A stretch of DNA of 32,000 nt from contig NW_008806288.1 in assembly GCF_000400465.1 (NCBI RefSeq), positions 120,001 through 152,000 of the forward strand, read 5' to 3'. The notes beneath the pieces were generated by a model. The model was not told the origin of the DNA. It saw only the letters and a program-made list of their open reading frames with translations, and ran no database searches. Of this stretch, positions 11,953 to 21,202 are shown in pieces (position 1 is the first letter of the stretch; each line of letters begins with the position of its first letter). The position numbers and the translations under genes are program-made. The DNA is from Wallemia ichthyophaga EXF-994. Lineage: Eukaryota > Fungi > Basidiomycota.

Positions 11953-12077
11953 AATTTGTCCGCAGATATTAAAATGGTGACACCTTAACATAACGTAACC
12001 TTAGGACTCGCAGCTGCGCAAGGTTTTTCAATGCACAAGCTGTGAGAACTCATCTTTAATTTCCAATTTGTCCGCAG
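11953..12077. repeat. 13-bp direct repeat AATTTGTCCGCAG (11953-11965, 12065-12077) flanking the perfect palindrome CGCAGCTGCG (12009-12018)
   Basis: Read directly from the sequence, in the gap between two convergent genes. Confidence 0.8.
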
Positions 12078-12293
12078 GGCAACTCGGCTGTATGAAATTC
12101 CTAAATATCACATCGGTAAAATTTTTCACACAGCCTAAAGTAAATTTAGCACAGGTGAATATATAATAGAAAATAAAATGAGGTATAAAGTCGTGACTGG
12201 TTTATTGTGCGTGATTGTAGAAATACAGAATATCGCGTTGCATGGGGTTTATCAACCGAGATGACTGGAAGGATGACCATTGTTTGTCCTTTG

Positions 12294-13142
12294 CTAAGTC
12301 GCTATGCCGACTATTTCGTCCTTCGTGTGATTATCCCCATGTCCTAAGGCATGTATTATCGCGTCGCTGTCAAAGACCTTTTTGTCAAAACCTAAAGATT
12401 GTAACTGTGCAGCTCTTATCTTGACCTGATCGATAATTAGGTCTGGATTGTTTTTGTTGTCTTTGTGGTGTATGTGTGCTATCGGAGGCAATTTTGGGGA
12501 AGGAGTGCTTATAGTACTAACGTTGTAATCATTCTGAGTGGAATTAGAGCGAAAGCGTGTTGATATCCTCTTCCTAAGACTTTTCTTTTTACCGCCGATG
12601 CTGTTGAGCGACATCTTAGATCGAGATTCGGGTATATGTGGTAAGGAGTGGGTAGGTGTCTCAGGACTGAATGACGAAGATGTAGAAGAAGTGAGGACAT
12701 TGGCACGACTGCTCACGCTAATTTGGTCCTCCTCTATCGACGTATCTATCCTTAATCCTATCCTTGATGAACGTGGAGATACCCCTCTGTCAGCCGTCGA
12801 AGTGTCTGATACAGGTAAAGGAGCTTGCTGGAGTAGGTCAACAAGACACTCCCCACTATCTTCTTCATCATCACTCGGTAGATCATCAAAAGATTTATAT
12901 CGAGATTCTTGTCTAATCATATCAACGCGCACTTGAAACTCGTCATGCTGTTGTTGAGGCTGAGTAAACACACTGCTGCTATCACTGGCAACTGAAGTTC
13001 TGTGCTCTATGTACGGTCCAGATATATCGGCATCGTACTCGTTGTCATCATCTTGAGGCGGGGTCACGAATACGTCTGGAATATGAAAGTCTGTGGAAGA
13101 TCGAGGACTGTCCTTCTTTAGCTTGTCAAAAATATTCGTCAT
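12294..13142 (-). CDS. Uncharacterised Ser/Asp-rich, probably disordered protein (282 aa) with short linear motifs
   Basis: Intronless 849-nt ORF with acgATG start context and disordered-protein composition. Motifs: PDVFVT, LPHIPE, RKRIS. No domain recognised. Confidence 0.75.
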   Translation of the reverse strand: MTNIFDKLKKDSPRSSTDFHIPDVFVTPPQDDDNEYDADISGPYIEHRTSVASDSSSVFTQPQQQHDEFQVRVDMIRQESRYKSFDDLPSDDEEDSGECLVDLLQQAPLPVSDTSTADRGVSPRSSRIGLRIDTSIEEDQISVSSRANVLTSSTSSSFSPETPTHSLPHIPESRSKMSLNSIGGKKKSLRKRISTRFRSNSTQNDYNVSTISTPSPKLPPIAHIHHKDNKNNPDLIIDQVKIRAAQLQSLGFDKKVFDSDAIIHALGHGDNHTKDEIVGIAT

Positions 13143-13549
13143 CGTCGTGGTTGACGATTTCGATTGATCCTTGCATCTGGCATGGCATTGGCACGGGCCT
13201 TTTTCTAAGTATGGAAATGCCTATTTGGGAAACTTTTAGGGTTATATGCATCCTATAGGTAGCAAAGGTTATTTTGAAACTCAACAATTGGATTCAACAC
13301 GAATACAAGTGTCCACAATGAAAATTTTTCGGTGGTCAGAACGTGAATTTAATTATACGTAAGCTTGAATTCAATAAGACTATTTATAAACAGAAAGAAA
13401 ACAAAGGAAACGAAATTTAGTGTTGTGAATTAAATTGGTTTATCATTCGTAACGTTATCTCATTCTTGAGAAGGCTTATCAACTAAATCACTCGCACTGC
13501 GATGATCGGAAACTTCATCCACAGATCCTTTGTTGACTGTTGAGTCTGA

Positions 13550-15567
13550 TTAGTGTGATGTCTTTTCATCTTCACCTTCCTCACCCGGCAACTGAGACTT
13601 TCTTTTCACATCGGATGAATTTTCATCGTTCGCGTTTGTCACTATTGCCTCTGCAGGTATCAAATCTGCAGGTATATTTCCTCCTTCTTCATACTCCTCC
13701 TCTTCATTATTCAACTGTGACCGCATTTGCATTTGTGCTTGTTGATCCTCACTAATCATACTATCACCCTCTTCACCCTCCATCAAATCAAATTCACCTT
13801 CTTGTCCTTGTAAACTGACTTCAGCCAACGCAGCAGGTAAATAATCTATCAACTGGTCTGCTTCGACAGCTGCGACTGACTCCGGTGAGATGTATTGCTG
13901 TGGTGCCTTCAGTGATTCAGGTAACGGGCCTTTATCGCCTCTATTTTCTATAGCTTTCTGTCTGACATTTTCCCAACCCTGTTGACGCTCTAACGTCTTC
14001 TCCTTTTCAAATTGTCTCTGTGGTTTGTAGTTTGATGTACATTCATCGAAGAGAGGAGGGTTCATATCCATGAATAGTTTTAATGCGTTGTAAACCATGT
14101 TATGAATGGTTCTGAGTTAGATATGTGAGTATTTAAATTACCAAATAACCAAAATACTCACCTATTCCAGTGTATTTTAGAATTTTGGTATAATGATGAG
14201 AAAACTAAAGGTAATATAGTTGAAAGATTGTTTGACATTAGGTTGACTATATAGTCGTTGTTCCAATAGTATAAAGCGCGTTCTGCGACCTATTAGACGT
14301 GTTAGCGAGGGTTAATCAGTCATAATCAACTTGCCTGGAAATGCTGACTGTTAATACATCTAGACAATTGGTGGAACAACGGCACCATAATTCTCTGGAA
14401 TTGCGCGGGCTCTATTACGTCTAGTATCTCTTCGACTTCATTTAAGAACATGACCTCTTTTTGCGAATTGACTCTTGGCCAGTATCTCAACAAACCGAGT
14501 ATAACTTCTTCTGTGAGAGTGCTGTCTTTCTCCAAGAACTGCACAACACAGTATGCCAATTGAGGGTGATACAAACTGAGTGATCTGACTTTGTGAAGTG
14601 GAATGAGTACTCTTGTAAGGAATGTCTTGTGTTCCTCCTTCAACGGCAATGCGAAACCATTGATGATAGATCCCAAAATTTCCAACAACTCTGCAATACC
14701 ATTGTGTCTCTCTGTTTCATAAATGAAGTGGAAAAAGACATTGTTGATAGACCGTCTAATGAAAGCTCGCAGGTTTAAGAATTTGCCGTATATTCTATGT
14801 AATGTAGTTTTCAAGAAGTCGCGCTCTCTAGGATCCTCGCTATCGAACAATTCCAACAATTGCAAAACGAATAGTTGATCGATATAGCGCTTGGCGATAT
14901 TAGTATTGAAATCAGGGGACTCGACGAATCGCAGGAATAATTCATATACTACTTGTAAATGAGGCCAAGCGAGCTCGCAGATAGGCTCATCTTCTTCTGG
15001 ATCGAAAGCGTCTCCAGTTGGGTTGACAGGAGGAGGTATGGACCTGAACAAATTGCAAGCGAACATGTGAACCATTTCTGGATAAATAGGCTCAGTGATG
15101 ACGTTTCTGTGCCTTGTCACGTATTCGAGCATTTCATGTAGAGCACCTGCTTTAACTTGCTTTCCTTCCAAGTCCGAGGAAGCATCGTTGAAATCAAAAA
15201 TGACAGAAGCTTGGTGTAACTTCTTCATAAACAGCGCGGACCTATCCTGTACAGGAACGTCTAAAAATGCAGGCAACGGCTCTAATTTTTGTGGATGGCT
15301 GACATGGAACCTAGAGGATCTCTGTTTCTTCGGAGGCTTTCCAGTGATTGGGATAGTATCCTTTGGAGAATGCTGCTTAGACTGCATTCTAGAAGTCTTT
15401 GGGGGAGTTGAATCGAGGTTTCCGTGCTGTGGACGAGGTATTGGGTCTTGTGGGTGCTCAGTTGTGACCAATATGCCTGGATTGTTAGCTTCAGGCTTTT
15501 TAGGTTGGCTTGAGTTGCTGCTGCTCGATTTAGACTTTGATAATCCAAGCTTCTTTAGAGATTTCAT
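13550..15567 (-). CDS. RTS1: Protein phosphatase 2A regulatory subunit B' (B56)
   Basis: Canonical B56 sequence: [94 protein letters not shown]-terminal KRKSQLP. Introns 14290-14334 (GC-AG) and 14112-14161. Likely start MKSLKK at 15567. Confidence 0.97.
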
Positions 15568-15752
15568 GGATGTCGTGTTGGAACAAGGATATGAACTAAG
15601 TGGGCTTGGTGTGGATGAAAATTGAAAATAGAGGGGGAATATTGGGGGTTTATGGTGGCTGTGACACATACAAACGTATATAACCCAGTTTGCATCCACT
15701 CAGCTGGCTTCACGTCATGCTAGGGTGTGTGTAGGATGACAGCTATTGTAGC

Positions 15753-16110
15753 CTATTGATTAAAGAACTTTATAAGAATTACAATTATTAGAGATATTAT
15801 CACCAAGACCAGGAATTTGCTGCAGTTAGTTAGTATCTGTTAATGGTTACGACTTCTCGATTTACAGATTGAAAGGGAGCTTCAACACCTCAGATTCCTT
15901 GAGATTTGAGTACTCCACGTAGTACACCAAGCAGCAAATCAAGCCGCTCAAGCTGAGAACGATAGCCGCTTTGTTGAGAAACGTTATCAGCAAGAGGAAG
16001 CATGATAATTTCAGTACAGTGAGGCTGTGCATTTCCACGGCCAAGCAATCTCTCGCTAAGCTGCCATTATTTGTGACAAGGCTACCGGAATTCTCTGAGG
16101 TTTCAGACAT
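15753..16110 (-). CDS. Putative small multi-pass membrane protein (about 103 aa), one intron
   Basis: 46-nt intron 15820-15865 (GTAAAT donor, perfect TACTAAC branch point, TGCAG acceptor). Splicing in the only open frame adds a third hydrophobic helix, LKFLVLVIISLIIVILIKFFNQ*. Family not recognised. Confidence 0.55.
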
Positions 16111-16226
16111 CGCAGACCTTACATCAGAGCAGGCGTAGATTACGTGAATAGGGGAATGGAATGTGTACAATTTAGTATGGCGTGGTGTACAATAAGCAAA
16201 TAGAATGAAAGTTTGCACTTAAGCGT

Positions 16227-16234
16227 GTCACGTG
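16227..16234. promoter_or_regulatory. GTCACGTG E-box (Cbf1/bHLH-type) in the divergent promoter upstream of the aminotransferase
   Basis: Exact match to the RTCACGTG consensus, 61 bp upstream of the first AAT ATG. Function inferred. Confidence 0.4.
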
Positions 16235-16295
16235 TTTCGCTACGCGATTGACTACCTCGATCACCGAGGTATGCGCCCTCTTCAACTTGAACTAC

Positions 16296-17647
16296 ATGTT
16301 TAGAACCACTTTAGGTCGTGTAAACAACATTTCAAGAGCAATGTCCACTGCATCATCCATAGACGCTTTCGCTAAAGTCCCTTTGGCTCCACCAGATTCC
16401 ATTTTCAAGCTCACCGCTGCGTTTAAGCAGGACACCAACCCTAACAAGGTCAACTTGGGTGTGGGCGCTTACAGAGACGATACTGGGAAGCCTTGGATCC
16501 TTCCATCGGTCAAGAAAGTAAAGGCTGACTACCTCAGCAACGAAAACATCGATCACGAGTACCTCCCTATCCTCGGTCTCCCTGAATACACTTCGGCTGC
16601 TGCTAAGCTCATCCTTGGTGATAACTCGGCTGCGATGTGAGTCATTCGGCTTCTCCCACTTGCCAATCTGACATCCGGTCCAGCTCCGAAAAACGCGTAG
16701 TTTCCGCACAAACTATTTCTGGCACTGGCGCAAACCACAGCGCTGGCGCTTTCTTATCCAAGCACTATGACTTTGCTGCCTTTGGCATTAAGAAACAAAT
16801 CTACGTCTCCTCACCAACTTGGGCGAACCACCACTCAATCTTCTCAAACGTCGGTCTCGAGCCTGTTAACTACCCATACTACGACAAGAATACCATTGGC
16901 TTGGACTTTGATGGCTTGATGAAGGCCCTCAACGAGGCACCAAAGGGTAGCATCTGGTTATTGCACGCATGTGCTCATAACCCAACTGGTGTCGACCCAA
17001 CAGCTGAGCAGTGGAAGCAGATCGCTGACGTATTCGCCCAGCGTCAACTCTTTGCCTTCTTCGACTGTGCGTACCAAGGATTCGCTTCTGGTGACCTCAA
17101 CAAAGACGCGGCAGCAGTCAGACACTTTGTTGACAAGCAAATCCCATTACTCATATGTCAATCTTTCGCAAAGAACGCTGGTTTGTACGGTGAACGTACT
17201 GGTGCTCTCCACTTTATCGGCAAGGACGCTGACGAGACTGAGAGATTACGCACACAATACTCTGTATTCCAGAGAGCTGAAATTTCCAACCCACCAGCAT
17301 TCGGTGCCAGATTAGTATCCTCACTTCTCAATGAGCCAACCAACTTCAACCAATGGGAGGCAGATATCAAGACTATGGCAAGCAGAATCATCAAAATGCG
17401 TGAGGTTCTCTATGACCAGCTTAACAACCAACTCAAGACGCCATCACCAAACGGCAATGGATGGGGCCATATCACATCGCAGATTGGTATGTTCTCATTC
17501 ACTGGACTGAATGCAGAGCAGTGCCAAAAGTTGATTGACAAGCACCACATCTACCTCACTGCCAATGGACGTATCTCTATGGCGGGTCTTAACTCCTCCA
17601 ACGTCGAGTACGTCGCCAAGTCGATTGACGATGTCATCAAGAATTGA
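16296..17647 (+). CDS. AAT2: Aspartate aminotransferase (cytosolic-type sequence) with an N-terminal extension; two in-frame ATGs (16296, 16341)
   Basis: VPLAPPDSIF, KVNLGVGAYRDD, HEYLPILGLPEY, QTISGTGA, LLHACAHNPTGVDP, DCAYQGFASG, PLP-lysine motif QSFAKNAGLYGER, QIGMFSFTGL, GRISMAGLN. Intron 16637-16683. Confidence 0.96.
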
Positions 17648-17785
17648 GTGAGTGCGTTTTAAAGTGTTACAATGTATTTGTTGTACTTAATAATTGATTT
17701 GAAAAGAAGAAGGATTTGTATTTGTGCGTGAGTGCGCGTGTGCTCGTGTGCTTGCGCTACCTTTATCGCTCACGTTCATCTTACC

Positions 17786-19805
17786 ATGGACATTCAAGAG
17801 ATATTGAAGAAGCAGCAAGCGTCTGATCAGCAGCAGATTAAGGTGAGTATCAGGCGATGACCAGCTGCTTATCTCATCTGCTCCCGACAGCCGAAATTCC
17901 TATCTAAATCTCAGAGAGAAGCCATCGCCCTGGAGAAGCGCAACAAGGAGCACGCAGAAAAGCAAGAAAAGCTCAAAAAGCAACAAGACCAAAAGGAGGA
18001 GATGGACAGGAGACTTCTCGGCGCTTCTCGTGAGGTTTCTCTTGATAAGGATGACCGAACCGGCAGAGATAAAGCAAAGAGAGGTGAGTGGCTGGTTGTG
18101 CTGCGTAAAGCCATCAACTCACAGCCATCCAGATCGTCCAGCTTCCCCACCACCTCCACCAGATGACAACATTTCATCACAAGAAATCCAGGCTATCAAG
18201 GCCAGCTATCTGGGGGAGAAGGAGAAGCGCAAGAGGAAAAGCAGAAAAGTTGCAGAGGCTAAGCGTATGAACTTTGATTGGGACGAGGAAGAAGACACAG
18301 AATCAAACGCTCTATCAAACGCTGTATCGAGGGATATCAGACCACCTCCGCCAACATCCTCTACAGGCAAAGATCAGCAGCAGTTTGTCGATCACATTGA
18401 GCTCAGACAGGCTAAGAGACACGGATACGATTCTCGCAACTGGCGCGAAAAGGAGCTGTCTCAAATGACAGAGAGAGACTGGAGAATCGTTAATGAGGAT
18501 TTCAATATAAGTGCGAGAGGGGGACAAATACCAAAACCTCTGAGAAGCTGGCACGAGAGTGCCATACCTGGTGAAATACTGGACATTATTCACGAGATTG
18601 GTTATAAGGATCCATCGCCCATTCAAAGACAGGCAATTCCAATTGGTTTGAATAGCAGGGATCTTATCGGTATAGCTGAAACTGGTAGTGGTAAGACAGC
18701 GTCCTTTGTCATTCCAATGATGAACTACATCAGCAGGCAGCAGCCGATCAGTGAACATAACTACCATCTGGGTCCTTATGCATTGATATTGGCTCCTACG
18801 CGTGAATTAGCGCAGCAAATTGAGTCAGAGACAAAGAAGTTCTCTGGCCCGATGAGCTTCAAATGTCTGTCGCTGGTCGGTGGTAAGAGTGTTGACGAAC
18901 AGTCTTTCAACCTGAGAACAGGTGCTGAAATCATCATTGCCACACCCGGTAGGCTAAAAGATTTGCTCGAAAGATCGATTATTGTTTTGTCGCAGTGCAA
19001 CTACCTGGTCCTCGACGAGGCTGACCGAATGGTTGCGATGGGTTTCGAGCAGGAGCTTAATTTTATCTTAGAGCAGATGGGTACAGCTGAGGAAAACATC
19101 CAGCGTCAGACATTCCTCTACTCGGCAACGATGCCTACTGCCGTCGAGCATATCGCGCGCAAGTACTTACGGAAACCAGCAGTCATCAATATCGGTGGAG
19201 CAGGCCAAGCTGTCGATACGGTCGAACAAGTTGTTGAGCTCGTCGACACTGAAGCGAAGAAGACGAAACGTCTCCTTGATGTGTTGAACAGCGACAAGTA
19301 CGCCCCACCAATCATCGTCTTTGTCAACCAGAAGAAGAGTGCAGATGTGCTCTCGAAAGAACTCAACAAAGCTAGGTGGGAATGTACAACGCTCCATTCC
19401 GGCAAAACGCAGGATCAGCGTGAGGAAGCATTACAGTCACTGCGCGATGGTGTCGTATCTGTTCTCGTCGCTACTGATTTGGCAGGTAGAGGTATCGATA
19501 TAGCAGATGTGTCGCTCGTTTGCAACTACCACATGGCAAATAACATTGAATCATATATCCACAGAATCGGTAGAACTGGTAGAGCAGGCAAGAAAGGGAA
19601 AGCAATCACATTCGTAACACCGCACGCTGATGATGAAGTTATGTATGATCTTAAGCAGGAGCTGGATAAGAGTCCTATCTCTCAGACACCTCGCGATCTT
19701 GCCACTCACGAGTTCGCTCAGAGGAGGATAACCCGTCAGATGAAGAAGGATCAGCAAAGAGAGCAAGAAGCGAACGAGATGGGCGTGCCTAAGTCTATGA
19801 TGTGA
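17786..19805 (+). CDS. PRP28: Pre-mRNA splicing DEAD-box helicase Prp28/DDX23
   Basis: Prp28-specific PKFLSKSQRE, NFDWDEEEDT and NWREKELSQMTERDWRIVNEDFNISARGG. Core motifs AETGSGKT, PTRELA, LDEADRM, SAT, HRIGRTGRAG. Introns 17843-17890 and 18084-18132. Confidence 0.95.
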
Positions 19806-19881
19806 TCTTGAATTTGATTTGATGCTATGTATTATTTTCCAGATAGATAATTTCGTCATTGCTTTGATTAGCGCCACCAGG

Positions 19882-20341
19882 ATGCCACTGAAAGAAGCCA
19901 ATCCGAGGTCAATCAATGTCCAATTCTCAGCCAGCGCTATAGAATCTCCTTCATCAACCTACTTGGTGTTCAGCGAACCCTGGTGCCCAGATTGTCGCAA
20001 GTGCGTTGGATGAAAGGCTGCAAAGGCGTGCACCCGTTTACTTACACTTGTTTAGTGTAGATGATATCATCAAAAAGACTTTCGATAAGGAGAGCGCTCC
20101 TCTCGCTCAGATTGTCAGAGTAGGCGACATCGCCTCATGGAAGTCGCCCACGAATGTGTTCCGCACGCAATGGAATGTACAGAGCATACCTACGATAATC
20201 CGATACGATAATGTGGGTGCATTGGACGTGCAAGGATTGCAAGAAATACAAGCTGACCATGGGCTGCACCAGGCAACGGAGGTCAGTAGGTTGGTTGACT
20301 CTGATATTTCAGCGGAGGCATTGAGCAGGTTTATGTTATAG
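19882..20341 (+). CDS. TXNDC17: Thioredoxin-related protein TRP14/TXNDC17 (DUF953)
   Basis: WCPDCR active site, VRVGDIASWKSPTNVFR and VQSIPTII (cis-Pro loop). Introns 20001-20055 and 20213-20272. Confidence 0.88.
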
Positions 20342-21202
20342 CCTTATTACCAGCTCGATATACTCATAACCCCATGCACCACGATTTCCTTGACTATTGC
20401 TACGTCGGATGTGCTGCATGATTTGATGGGTCTGAAATGCAAATACTTCTTGCGAGATTCAATTAAAATCACGTTATGCAAAACCCACAGGTATTCTAGA
20501 TATGCTAGGGTATGCTACAACACGCTACGGCATGGTGTTGAAGCTGCAATTTCTTTTACATTATATCCACTAAATTTGAGTGTCAAGGATAAGCTTTGAC
20601 GAACGCAGATAGCATCTGGCACCACTTTCGCTATTTTCAATAGTCTTGAAAAGTTAGAATCCACATGCTCTATTCCGGATTACCATCCGCGATCACCACG
20701 TGAGACGCATCTTACAAAGCGAATGAAGGATGATAGTTATGGCGAGCTGAATGCTGAAATGTCAAGAGACCAGCTTTTGTAATCCAGGAACGCGATTTGG
20801 ATTACCGGTGGTCACGCGTGCCACCTTGTCTTGATAATCTTTTAACTACGACAGCCTGGTAATTCCACAATTAGCATCTATAAAAATGCCGCAAGTCCGA
20901 CCGAACTTTCACTCGTCGAAGTCACTTCTTTATTTCTTACCAGGTGATGATCGTAGGAACATGTTGCCAAATGATCACCTTGAATCGGAGGACGGAAGTC
21001 TGAACAGTGCCAAGTTGTCCCAACACGTGGCTGATTACAGTCTGATCTCAGATCGATTTCATTTATTTGCTCATCTCCGTCCATTGCGGTCCGCGTTCAA
21101 GATATTTCATGATTAATCCTTTCTAAGCAAGTCAGCAGATCTAAGGTTAAACAAGAAGTATTAATACTCCTCAGCCTTCTTGCTTGTTTCCTTACAACTA
21201 TC

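Noticed and set aside
15564-15699. Upstream ORF whose TGA overlaps the RTS1 ATG, and an in-frame upstream Met (15669)
   Set aside because: These ATGs probably lie upstream of the TSS, before the pyrimidine-rich leader, and the extension has no B56 similarity. There is no support without TSS data.
15830-15842. TAGTATCTGTT match to the U2 snRNA branch-recognition region
   Set aside because: The flanks do not resemble U2. The match is simply the reverse complement of the TACTAAC-containing branch site of the minus-strand intron.
17640-17665. Cryptic peroxisomal targeting of AAT by stop-codon readthrough or alternative splicing
   Set aside because: The stop context is TGA GTG, not the leaky TGA CTA, and the extension VSAF* is not a PTS1. 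The alternative splice product I tested also gave no SKL-like end. The N-terminal RVNNISRAM lacks the PTS2 His/Gln.
17721-17760. Alternating purine-pyrimidine (GT/GC) tract upstream of PRP28
   Set aside because: Short and imperfect. A plausible promoter element, but nothing specific can be supported.
18121-18132. Tandem acceptors (CAG at 18124 versus 18132) in PRP28 intron 2 as an autoregulatory frameshift switch; similar pairs exist in SQS1 introns
   Set aside because: The upstream AG lies only 2-3 nt after the likely branch adenosine, too close to be used. The downstream AG restores the frame.
20943-21045. GTGATGA ... CTGA box C/D-like pattern upstream of the GH3 gene
   Set aside because: No terminal stem and no recognisable antisense guide (GACGGAAG is the sense, not antisense, of 18S). 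More likely chance within the GH3 promoter.
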